Source: Clostridia bacterium (GTDB lineage: Bacteria > UBA6262 > WVXT01 > JAUXBS01). Taken from it: a stretch of 40,404 nucleotides of DNA. The DNA is taken from positions 1 through 40,404 of the forward strand of contig JAUXDE010000001.1 of NCBI GenBank assembly GCA_030618495.1, in the 5' to 3' direction. The position numbers and the translations under genes are program-made. The notes below the pieces were generated by a model. That model worked only from the letters and a program-made list of their open reading frames with translations. It had not been told where the DNA came from and made no database searches. Positions 17,194 to 25,793 of the stretch are shown here, in pieces. The stretch's first letter is position 1; each line of letters begins with the position of its first letter.

Positions 17194-17375
17194 TTCTTCT
17201 CCGGCTTGTCCTTTTTCCCCTGCTTCAGCTTCCTTGAAAAAATGATTCCCGTAACAATGTTGAACAGGACAGCGGACCCGAAAAGGGCGCAGGGGAAAGC
17301 CTTCAACAGCGTACCTATTGAACTTGAATTTGGATTGTACCCGGCTTTTACCTTTAATATCTTTCCTTTTTTCAT
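17190..17375 (-). CDS. 61-aa basic single-TM peptide translationally coupled to the rSAM/SPASM gene (candidate substrate or partner)
   Basis: MKKGKILKVKAGYNPNSSSIGTLLKAFPCALFGSAVLFNIVTGIIFSRKLKQGKKDKPEKK. A good Shine-Dalgarno sequence (AAAGGATAAAAAG) precedes ATG 17375. Its stop TGA overlaps the rSAM ATG (ATGA, 17193-17190). Confidence 0.5.
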   Translation of the reverse strand: MKKGKILKVKAGYNPNSSSIGTLLKAFPCALFGSAVLFNIVTGIIFSRKLKQGKKDKPEKK

Positions 17376-17418
17376 CTTTTTATCCTTTATATTTCATATG
17401 TTAAATTGCACCCCAACA

Positions 17419-18603
17419 CTACTCTATTTCACTGGGTTCCCTCGTGGTGTACTTTTTAAAGATATGCGGATACTGCTCGCTGGCTGAACTCGAGTCCTCT
17501 TCGAAGAACATGAACTTCCTGTAATAGAAGCCCTCCATGTAGAAATTGCACAGGAATATCGTGATTATCGAAGTGGTAATAATTATGGAATGAACAAGAA
17601 TGGCAGGGTACTTCTTCCAGTTCCTTATCCCTGCAAATCCTGAGGCCCCTAACCACACCAGTACCATGGCAATTATACTGTATAATATGAAGTACCAGAA
17701 TTTGGAATCATCAAAAGGCCTGTACCATGGCAGGACAAATATCGGAGTCTTCAGATTATCCGGAACTTCAATACCCCGGAGCAGAGGGAATGCCCCTGAT
17801 ATATGATTTAAAAGAGGGAGCGAAAATATTACTACAGCCAGGATAAACCAGGATATCAATAACAACAGGAACAGTTTTAGCCCGGCCAGGTCAACACCGC
17901 GCCAGAACCGCATCCTTACCGACCATACAATGCAGATGAATATAAAGATGGATGCTATCCACCTGGGCATGTTTTTTTTAAAGGTAAAATGCGCCTGTTT
18001 TATATCCTTACTGAACATACTGTTTTCCCTGAGGTCCGGATTAAGCCTGTCTGCTCTCCTGCAGTACCGGTAAGAAACCAGCCACCTCCCAAGCATAAAG
18101 TACCTGCCGCCCAGCATGGCATATATTTCAGGTATCTTGTAAAAATCAGGATATTGACTGATCATGGATTTAAGTGACTTAATATCACTTTTTATTTCTT
18201 CGGGTTTCAGCTTCCCCACATACCTCTTCATCTTAAATACGCTCAAGGGTTTTCTGTACTTCTCTATTTCTTTTTCTACATGCTCCTTCCTCCTGCGCAC
18301 CTCCATAGTGTTCCGGTAACCCGGGAACTCCCCAAGGAGCTTCTTGTACATCCCCAGGGCACTCTCGTATTTCTTAAGCCTGGTCTCGCGTATAACCGCC
18401 GCCCTGTGCATGGCGTTAGCCCTTATTTTATTATTTATTCCCCTGTTGCGAGCCAGTTTACTGTATATCAACACAGCCCCGCTGACATTGCCCTTACTTA
18501 TCAGGTTCTCCGCGGTATCCAGTTTCTGTCTTATCGTCTCCGCATAAAGATTGGCATTAAACAACGTAACAAATAATGATATATATATTAATACCTTTTT
18601 CAT
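17419..18603 (-). CDS. Polytopic membrane protein with N-terminal periplasmic TPR-like domain
   Basis: 394 aa with a signal peptide, helical repeat region, then about 7 predicted TM helices. Confidence 0.55.
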   Translation of the reverse strand: MKKVLIYISLFVTLFNANLYAETIRQKLDTAENLISKGNVSGAVLIYSKLARNRGINNKIRANAMHRAAVIRETRLKKYESALGMYKKLLGEFPGYRNTMEVRRRKEHVEKEIEKYRKPLSVFKMKRYVGKLKPEEIKSDIKSLKSMISQYPDFYKIPEIYAMLGGRYFMLGRWLVSYRYCRRADRLNPDLRENSMFSKDIKQAHFTFKKNMPRWIASIFIFICIVWSVRMRFWRGVDLAGLKLFLLLLISWFILAVVIFSLPLLNHISGAFPLLRGIEVPDNLKTPIFVLPWYRPFDDSKFWYFILYSIIAMVLVWLGASGFAGIRNWKKYPAILVHSIIITTSIITIFLCNFYMEGFYYRKFMFFEEDSSSASEQYPHIFKKYTTREPSEIE

Positions 18604-18780
18604 ACTTTCATCCAGGTTTTAAATGGCGCCCCTTACATACAACATTGATTTCCCTGTTAATATTTTAATAGCACACGATCTTTACTCATCTTTTCTTACT
18701 CTATAATGTACACGATTACAGCCTATTTATCAACTAAATAAAAGGTGGCAATAAATCTTCTTGCTGAACCTTGCTACGCT

Positions 18781-20799
18781 TTATTTCACTTTTAGTAACT
18801 CTCTTATTTTATCTTCGTCTTTCTTCGCAAGCTTATTTTGCCCTGTTTCCCTGAAAGTAATACTTCGATTCTGATATGCTCTTAAATATTTTGGATTTAT
18901 TTCTATCGCCTTACCAAAATCCACTATTGCCATATTATAAAAACCTTTTGTTTTATAAACAATTCCCCTGTTATTATATGCATGATAAAACTTAGGATTC
19001 AACTCTATTGTTTTATTAAAATCATCTATTGCTTTATCAAAATATCCTATTCTATTATAAACCGTGCCTCGATTATAATATGCCATTGAGTCTTTTTGGT
19101 TTAAATCTATTGCTCTTTTAAGCTCGTATTCACCATTATCATAAAAACCTGTTGAGAAAAAAAACATACCCTTGGCAACATAATAACTCTGGATCCCATC
19201 ATCATTCTTATTATATCCTTTTATTAATAAACTAAAATCCACCGGGTTATTCTCGATGATTTTTCTGTTCTGCTCAATATTTCTTATAAATATTAAAGCT
19301 ATATTATCAAAATAAATTAATTCCCATTCCTTGTTTTTATAAAGAGGCACAGACATTATACTTGATTCCCACGAATCATGATTGAAGAGTATGTAGTTTA
19401 TATTATAATCGTCTAAATATTTCGGAAATAATTCATATTTACGAATGGATTCCGCATGATGTTTTATAAATTCTTCGCCATAAACTTTACCCCTGCCATC
19501 AATAAAAACCTTTCTATGCGGATATAATCTCCATATAAGGTATCCTCCATTTTTATGACAATTCAGAATGTTTCCCCTTATATTGTTTCTTTCTATGAAA
19601 TCAACAGCTTTTTCCGGATATATAAATTTTGAAACTCCAATGCCAAATCTTTTAGCGCTATACCTGTTCTTAACGTTTTTATAGAAATTATTGTTTAATA
19701 CATTTACTATGCATATCATAATCAATAAAATAAGTATCAGCGAAACCATAATCCTGAATGTATTTTTAAAAATATTTCTTATACTATTAATAATCTCAAT
19801 AATTCTGCTTGAAACATTATTCATATTTGAAATTGCAATAGGCGTGGCAATAACAGCAAAATAAGAAATGTTCCTCCACGCCTTGAGTGATATGAAAAGG
19901 AAACCACAGAAAAGGATAATATTTGTTATATTTATTTTCTTAACATTCAAAAAGAACGTAGCTATAGTAAGCATTATAAGAGTCTTGTAACAAAATAATA
20001 TCAGGTTACTGTTTGATATGGAAAGTGATGGCTGTAATTCACTCGCTATCTTAGAATTAAGTTCCGTAAAGAGAAGAAACGGGAAAGCTACTCCTCTAAT
20101 ACCATAAGGGTTTATAAAACAGGCTAACATCATTAAAACAAAAATGATTAATAGCTTATTGTAGTTTTTCCCCTTTATTGGAACATCCTCATGCCATTTT
20201 GATTTGGACATCACCTTCCATGAAAAAAACTCACCTGCCATATAACTAAGTATCATCACAGGACCTATGATAAATAGACCATGTGTGTTTGTCCAAATAA
20301 GTTGTAAAAGCGGTAAAATATAGATTGAATTTGATTTCTTATGCTTATAATTATGGAGAATAAGGAAATATAAGGCAACAAAGAATAAGGATATCATCTC
20401 CGGGCGGGCATAGAATCTGTTTTGTATAATTAATAATGTAATGAAAAGAAATACCGATGAAAAAATATAATATTTTTTGTTTACAACTTTAAATACACAT
20501 ATGAATGCCAAAATATAGAATATAATTTTTAGTAAATGAATACCTGCTATATTCCCTATAGAATATGCAGCATATAATATTACCTGGAATAACCATTGCG
20601 AGTCAAGCCATAGATTTGATGGGACTGTATATGAAAATATGTCATATTCAGGAACCTTGAAATTCTCTAAAATCCACTGCCCTGCCTTTAAATGAAACCA
20701 GATATCGTAAGATGATATCTCTCTTATAACAAGAACCGCAAGCAATAAAAAAATCAAGAAAAACAAAAGCCGCCCTATCAGTTTGTCGAATGATTTCAT
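18781..20799 (-). CDS. Large polytopic membrane protein (GT-C / PMT-like glycosyltransferase-type membrane domain, inferred) with C-terminal TPR repeats
   Basis: 672 aa with about 12 TM helices in the first 400 aa. Clear TPR repeats at the C-terminus (AYYNRGTVYNRIGYFDKAIDDFNKTIELNPKFYHAYNNRGIVYKTKGFYNMAIVDFGKAIEINPKYLRAYQNRS). The gene is markedly AT-rich relative to its flanks. Confidence 0.6.
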   Translation of the reverse strand: MKSFDKLIGRLLFFLIFLLLAVLVIREISSYDIWFHLKAGQWILENFKVPEYDIFSYTVPSNLWLDSQWLFQVILYAAYSIGNIAGIHLLKIIFYILAFICVFKVVNKKYYIFSSVFLFITLLIIQNRFYARPEMISLFFVALYFLILHNYKHKKSNSIYILPLLQLIWTNTHGLFIIGPVMILSYMAGEFFSWKVMSKSKWHEDVPIKGKNYNKLLIIFVLMMLACFINPYGIRGVAFPFLLFTELNSKIASELQPSLSISNSNLILFCYKTLIMLTIATFFLNVKKINITNIILFCGFLFISLKAWRNISYFAVIATPIAISNMNNVSSRIIEIINSIRNIFKNTFRIMVSLILILLIMICIVNVLNNNFYKNVKNRYSAKRFGIGVSKFIYPEKAVDFIERNNIRGNILNCHKNGGYLIWRLYPHRKVFIDGRGKVYGEEFIKHHAESIRKYELFPKYLDDYNINYILFNHDSWESSIMSVPLYKNKEWELIYFDNIALIFIRNIEQNRKIIENNPVDFSLLIKGYNKNDDGIQSYYVAKGMFFFSTGFYDNGEYELKRAIDLNQKDSMAYYNRGTVYNRIGYFDKAIDDFNKTIELNPKFYHAYNNRGIVYKTKGFYNMAIVDFGKAIEINPKYLRAYQNRSITFRETGQNKLAKKDEDKIRELLKVK

Positions 20800-20984
20800 T
20801 ATTCGCTCTCCCTTTTCCAGGATTTCTTATCTCATTATATCACATTAGAACAAAAATATATTTTCTCATTATCATTTCTATAATGATGTTTTTACCCCAA
20901 TTCATCCCTTTTGTCAAGTAATCAGTAAATGCTTTTTAGAAATGGGAAAAAACATAAGATGGCCATATAATTCCCATTACCCTT

Positions 20985-21623
20985 CTAAAAACGGCATGCC
21001 ACGAACAAACCCGTCATGCTGCCGGATACAACCGGCACTATTTCAATGCCTTCATAAAACCTGAAATTAAGAGATAAATTTATGATTCTTGCCAGCACTT
21101 TCTTAAAATTACTTTCACTATTTATCATCTCAAGGCTTATCTTTTCAAACCATGTGCCCAACAAATACCCGAATGCGGGGGTTATAACAGCATCATTAAA
21201 GCTGAATGGTTCATGAAGTATTTCAATTGTACTCTCAAACAGGAAACTTGCTACGAAACTTCCCAGAAAACTTTCCCTCTTGCTGTATCCCCTGGCCCTG
21301 TAATACAGGTAAGTCTGGGACCCCGTATATGGGTGCCCTACAAAATTCCACCATATGGAATCTCCATCCCACCATTGAATGTTCCGTAAAAAAAAGTTTT
21401 CCTTGTATTGCTGAAAATCACCCCCACCATCACTTAAAACCTTGAACATAAGCAGATCCCCCGCCCAGTGAATGGAATACAGAATACCAACGTCCAATGC
21501 GATTTCACCGGCAGTATGTTGCCTGGGAACAGTCTCAATATACTTCTTCCCTTCCGCTGAAACAGACGAGAGCATTATGAAAACAAGTACTATGGACATA
21601 CCTATCTTTATAATCATACGCAT
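20985..21623 (-). CDS. Secreted hypothetical protein, DUF3943-like (GHP motif)
   Basis: 212 aa with a signal peptide. Conserved FVGHPYTG and ILHEPF motifs are recalled as DUF3943 signatures. Confidence 0.45.
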   Translation of the reverse strand: MRMIIKIGMSIVLVFIMLSSVSAEGKKYIETVPRQHTAGEIALDVGILYSIHWAGDLLMFKVLSDGGGDFQQYKENFFLRNIQWWDGDSIWWNFVGHPYTGSQTYLYYRARGYSKRESFLGSFVASFLFESTIEILHEPFSFNDAVITPAFGYLLGTWFEKISLEMINSESNFKKVLARIINLSLNFRFYEGIEIVPVVSGSMTGLFVACRF

Positions 21624-21692
21624 CCTTTAACTTAATCCTGGCATATCCTTGGTATGTTAATTTATTTATTCAATAAACTCTTCATGACCCGG

Positions 21693-21947
21693 TCACATCG
21701 CCGCTTGTTTTATTAATGCTATTTTATTTTTTCGGGTCAAGCGTTTTATCTGGGATTCGCGTTTTGATGCTGATGACCTATCAGGATGTTCTTCCTTCCA
21801 AAGAAGTTTTGAAAAACCGAAAGACCTTGTATAATTGCAGCCTTTTCCTGACTTATGATCTCCTATTCTGCGTTCAAGGTCATTGGTTATTCCTGTATAT
21901 AATGTCTTGTTTTTGCATTCAATGATATATACAAACCAGTTTTTCAT
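21693..21947 (-). CDS. GIY-YIG nuclease superfamily protein (UPF0213/YhbQ-like)
   Basis: 84 aa: FVYIIECKNKTLYTGITNDLERRIGDH matches GIY-(x10)-YTG with the conserved R and E. Confidence 0.75.
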   Translation of the reverse strand: MKNWFVYIIECKNKTLYTGITNDLERRIGDHKSGKGCNYTRSFGFSKLLWKEEHPDRSSASKRESQIKRLTRKNKIALIKQAAM

Positions 21948-21980
21948 TAGGATTCACTTCGTCGCTTCGCGAACCTGTCA

Positions 21981-22002
21981 CGACTGAATGACGTTCCCTT
22001 CG
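21981..22002. promoter_or_regulatory. 22-bp conserved motif (copy A) upstream of the GIY-YIG gene, flanked by two TTCGCGAA-type elements
   Basis: cgactgaatgacgttcccttcg lies 34 bp upstream of the GIY-YIG start. It is flanked by cgcttcgcgaacctgtc (21964-21980) and cgttttgcgaacttgtc (22001-22017). Confidence 0.45.
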
Positions 22003-22030
22003 TTTTGCGAACTTGTCCTTAATGCAGTGA

Positions 22031-22435
22031 TTAATCAAGCAGCCTTTTAATACCCTGGATTTCCTGCAATCCGCTTATGTTCTGTGATGCCTCAAGACAT
22101 CCCAGGTATTTCCCGTCTGGAGCCCTCAATGCATAATATTCAATCAACACTTTCTGCTTGTCTCCGCCAGGACCAATCGGTAAATCAATCCAGAAACGGG
22201 CTTTATCCCTTTTACCTGCTTTCATTTCTGAAAGTATCTGTTCAACTTTCGCAAGACTTTTTTCAGGATGGCATTTACTCACATTTCGTCCTACCACAGC
22301 TTCAGGCCTTTTGAATATCCTCGTCTTGTGCTTGTTCCAGCCAAGAACATTATCGTTTTCATCCAGCACTGAAAACTCCAATGGAATTGTCTCAAGCACC
22401 GCTTCCAATACATCTTCGTTTAGTTTTCCTACCAT
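22031..22435 (-). CDS. Small stand-alone PAS-domain protein
   Basis: 134 aa. The PAS-like fold pattern (LEFSVLDENDNVLGWNKHKTRIF...GRNVSKCHP...) is a family-level guess. Confidence 0.5.
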   Translation of the reverse strand: MVGKLNEDVLEAVLETIPLEFSVLDENDNVLGWNKHKTRIFKRPEAVVGRNVSKCHPEKSLAKVEQILSEMKAGKRDKARFWIDLPIGPGGDKQKVLIEYYALRAPDGKYLGCLEASQNISGLQEIQGIKRLLD

Positions 22436-22528
22436 TTCATTCTCCTCCTTTGATTTATTCCCTTCAAACGTTTCCCTGGATTTGCTTTGCTATATATGTT
22501 ATCCAAAGACGAATTTCAAAAACTCCCT

Positions 22529-22550
22529 CGACTGAACGACGTTCCCTTCG
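22529..22550. promoter_or_regulatory. 22-bp conserved motif (copy B) upstream of the PAS gene; contains perfect palindrome GAACGaCGTTC
   Basis: cgactgaacgacgttcccttcg has 21/22 identity with copy A. It lies 94 bp upstream of the PAS gene start. Confidence 0.45.
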
Positions 22551-22734
22551 CTATACTCAGGGTAAACTTACCTGTATTATCCTGCATTTTCAGGAATGCT
22601 TTCACTTTTCTTTTGAAATAGAATAAAATTTGGAATCTTATATTTTTCTCTTGTTAGAAAGTCACCACTTTATCGCTTTCCTTATGCTATATTCCCGGGG
22701 AAGAAGACATCAAAGCCGCATCCGGAGCATAAGA

Positions 22735-23061
22735 TATACCTTTATTTGTTACGAGAGCTAACGATAGACAAGCCAAATCATGTGTGGTCGACAAGATATT
22801 ACATATATTCGCCTATCGCATGGATTTGCATACCTTGTAGCAATAATGGACTGGTTCAGCCGGTATGTGTTGAGCTGGCGGTTATCAAATACCCCGGACC
22901 CGGGATTCTGTGTAGAAACACTGGAAGAAGCGTTGCTTAATCATGAGCATCCTGAAATCTTTAACAGTGACCAGGGGAGCCAGTTCACGAACAATGATTT
23001 TACTGGGTTGCTGCTGGCAAACGATATACGGATATCCATACTAATAAAAAGTTTTAACTAG
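22735..23061 (+). pseudogene. IS3-family transposase OrfB (DDE/rve core) remnant, frameshifted and truncated
   Basis: Two overlapping frames read ...ELTIDKPNHVWS / (T)DITYIRLSHGFAYLVAIMDWFSRYVLSWRLS...HPEIFNSDQGSQFTNNDFTGLL, the IS3 OrfB DDE-domain pattern. One extra A in acaaga breaks the frame. Only about 100 of about 280 aa are present. Confidence 0.7.
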
Positions 23062-23111
23062 TTAATAACAGGTAAAATATAATTTCGTATATGTGGTTTT
23101 ATAAATATTTC

Positions 23112-24086
23112 TTATTTCTTTTTCATCATCCCTTCCAAATCAATAATTATCTTCTCGGAACCTTCGCCCATCATAAATTGCGGAAGGACACCATCCCACT
23201 TGTCAATCCATTCCTTTGCTATGATTTGCGGGGTTCTTGCTATTGAACGTCCCTTAATTTCAAGAGCTTTTGCAAGCGCTTCAGCTTTAACTATTTCCTG
23301 TTTCTTCTTCATCTTCTCAGCTTCAAGAATGTTCTTTTGCTTAATAACTTCCTGTTCTGCGACCTTGGTTTCCTGTATTTTCCGTGTTAAATCTTCCGGA
23401 GGTATAATTTTTCTCACAAGAATCTGTTCCGAAGTAAGATAGTTCTCTTTTTCAAAATACTCTTCCAGCAATTGTTGGTACTTCTGCTGGAATTCTATCC
23501 TCTTTTGAGCATACGCTTCCTGAGCAGTAAATTTTGCGGCGACATCCCGCATCTTGCTTCTTGAGGTAGGAATCAAAATCTTCTCATTAACATCCCATTC
23601 ATTACCAACATTTTGCTTAATATGCGAAACCTTATTTGCATTGATTCTGTAACGGATTGATGCCTCACAACTTAAAGGAAGGCCGTCTGAACTAAGGCAG
23701 GATATTTTATCGGACCAGGTCTTTGTATAAACATCGTAAACTGTAACAGTATTTAATCCTTTAAGAACAATATGGAAACCTTCATCAAGAATACGGTCAT
23801 GATTGACCCCATTAAACATATTAAAAATCACTCCCCTGTTCCCTGCCTGTATGATTACAGCTGAAGCTAACGCATATGATATGACAGCAAAGACTATGAG
23901 AATTACCATAGCTTTAGGTATGGCCTTTTTATTTATAGAAACCTCACCGATTCTATCCATAATCATACCAACCCCTATTTCCTCACCTTCCCTTACCTTA
24001 ACCTTAACCTCTTTCCCCTTTTCAACAACAGACATTACCGCTAAGACCACACCAACCACAAGTACAATACCTGCCCATAATACCAT
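23112..24086 (-). CDS. SPFH/band-7 (prohibitin/HflC-like) membrane protein
   Basis: 324 aa with two N-terminal TM segments, followed by an SPFH domain and a coiled-coil region. Confidence 0.75.
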   Translation of the reverse strand: MVLWAGIVLVVGVVLAVMSVVEKGKEVKVKVREGEEIGVGMIMDRIGEVSINKKAIPKAMVILIVFAVISYALASAVIIQAGNRGVIFNMFNGVNHDRILDEGFHIVLKGLNTVTVYDVYTKTWSDKISCLSSDGLPLSCEASIRYRINANKVSHIKQNVGNEWDVNEKILIPTSRSKMRDVAAKFTAQEAYAQKRIEFQQKYQQLLEEYFEKENYLTSEQILVRKIIPPEDLTRKIQETKVAEQEVIKQKNILEAEKMKKKQEIVKAEALAKALEIKGRSIARTPQIIAKEWIDKWDGVLPQFMMGEGSEKIIIDLEGMMKKK

Positions 24087-24258
24087 TTGATTCTCCTTTC
24101 TTTAGCTTTAGCCAACTTAATTTTAAAATTATACTCAATTGACCTAAAAATACAAGCAAATTATTGGGATTGTCAAGCCAAAATAGAAATGTCATGTTTT
24201 TAAATAGCAACACTTCATCCAGATGTTGGAACTTTGATGAAGAAAAAGCAGGGGGGAT

Positions 24259-25551
24259 TCAATATCTTTTTCTAATTGTTTTGTGTCTTCCTCGGGAGCT
24301 GAAGGACCTGCCTCTTCTTTTTGAAGAGAAAACACTAGTTGGTTTGGGAAATTCTTCTGAAGGGATTTCTGGGTGGCTTGCAACAGGCAGAAGGGCGTTT
24401 ATAAGCCTTTCAATGCCCAGAACGTTCTTTTTCTGATCCCTGGTAGCAAATGTAATTGCATGCCCTGCGTTACCTATCCTTGCTGTACGGCCGATCCTGT
24501 GAACGTAATCTTCCGGATCATCAGGAACATCATAGTTTATTACTGCCTCTATGCCTTTAACATCAATCCCGCGTGATGCGATATCTGTTGCTACAAGTAT
24601 CCTGTACTTGCCTGATCTGAAACCATCCATCGCTTCCCTTCTTTGTTTGAGTGAGCGGTTTGAGTGTATATCAATCGATCTCTGCCCTCTGGCTATAAGC
24701 TTCTTTGATATATTGCAGGCATTGTGTTTTGTGCGTGTGAACAGAAGAATAGATCCGTGATACTCCTTCAGCATTTTTTCGAGTAGAGGAAATTTTGAGT
24801 TTTTGTTTACGATAAATAATTCCTGGTCAATATTATCAGCCACTGTACCTGAAGGCGCTATTTCAACGCTTATAGGCATTTTCATGTAACTGTTTGCAAT
24901 ATTCATTATCTCTGGCGGCAAAGTAGCTGAAAACAGCATTGTCTGCCTGTTCTTGCTTACACCCGCCAGCACCCTGGCAATCTGCGGAGCAAAACCCATA
25001 TCAAGCATTCGGTCTGCTTCATCCAGTACAACCAGGCAGACCCGGGACAACGATATGTTTTTTCGCTGAATGTGGTCAATCAGCCGTCCGGGTGTAGCGA
25101 TAATGATGCGGGGATTCTTCCTTAGTGCTGAAGCCTGGGGATTTATAGGGGCACCGCCTATAATTACGGTGGTTCTTATATGGAATGAATGTCCGACCTG
25201 ACTAAAAACCTCTTCAACCTGTAGGGCAAGCTCCCTGGTAGGAACAAGAATCAAGCCGTTCCCGGAAGTCTGCGCAAGGCGCTGGTACATGGGTATACAA
25301 AATGCGAGTGTTTTCCCTGTGCCGGTCTGGGCGACACCTATTACATCCTTCCCTTCAATAGCAACAGGAATAGCCTTGGACTGAATCGGGGTGGGCGTGG
25401 TAAATTTTAAACGTGCAAGTGTTTCAAGAATTGCTGGCGCTATGCCCAGGCCATAAAAACTTGTGCTTGCTGTTTGAGTTGTCATATTATTTTTTTGTCC
25501 CTTAATAACTTTCTCCCAAAAAATTATACCATTTTCAGGTTTAAAAATCAA
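24259..25551 (-). CDS. DEAD-box ATP-dependent RNA helicase (RhlE/DeaD-like) with basic C-terminal tail
   Basis: Q-motif ...TPTPIQ, AQTGTGKT, DEAD (VLDEADRMLDMGF), SAT, HRIGRTARIGNAG. The true start may be the internal MTTQ... near 25485. Confidence 0.9.
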   Translation of the reverse strand: MIFKPENGIIFWEKVIKGQKNNMTTQTASTSFYGLGIAPAILETLARLKFTTPTPIQSKAIPVAIEGKDVIGVAQTGTGKTLAFCIPMYQRLAQTSGNGLILVPTRELALQVEEVFSQVGHSFHIRTTVIIGGAPINPQASALRKNPRIIIATPGRLIDHIQRKNISLSRVCLVVLDEADRMLDMGFAPQIARVLAGVSKNRQTMLFSATLPPEIMNIANSYMKMPISVEIAPSGTVADNIDQELFIVNKNSKFPLLEKMLKEYHGSILLFTRTKHNACNISKKLIARGQRSIDIHSNRSLKQRREAMDGFRSGKYRILVATDIASRGIDVKGIEAVINYDVPDDPEDYVHRIGRTARIGNAGHAITFATRDQKKNVLGIERLINALLPVASHPEIPSEEFPKPTSVFSSKRRGRSFSSRGRHKTIRKRY

Positions 25552-25684
25552 TGTATTTTTCCACTTTTTGTCTGGACCAATTTTCGGGGGTCAGGCCAGT
25601 CATCGATAATTCGCTTTATCTTAAGACTTTTACCGTAGGAGCCATTAAATTCTCTCTTTTAGTATTTCGTACAAAAAAAGCAAA

Positions 25685-25756
25685 CTCCCTGGGGAGGATT
25701 CGAACCTCCAACATTTCGGTTAACAGCCGAACGCTCTACCATTGAGCTACCAGGGA
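25685..25756 (-). tRNA. tRNA-Asn (anticodon GUU)
   Basis: The reverse complement TCCCTGGTAGCTCAATGGTAGAGCGTTCGGCTGTTAACCGAA...GGAGGTTCGAATCCTCCCCAGGGAG gives a canonical cloverleaf with anticodon loop CTGTTAA. Confidence 0.9.
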
Positions 25757-25793
25757 ATATAATATACTTACACGATTATTTAATCTTTACTGT

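Noticed and set aside
21981-22550. The two 22-bp direct repeats as att sites or a target-site duplication from insertion of the PAS gene
   Set aside because: 22 bp is long for a TSD. Each copy sits at a promoter-proximal distance from a co-oriented gene and has an internal palindrome, which fits an operator better. It was not fully excluded (see finding).
23112-24086. Calling the SPFH protein an NfeD-SPFH fusion
   Set aside because: The N-terminal 90 aa are two TM helices with a short charged loop. I could not see a convincing NfeD OB-fold pattern, so only the SPFH call is retained.
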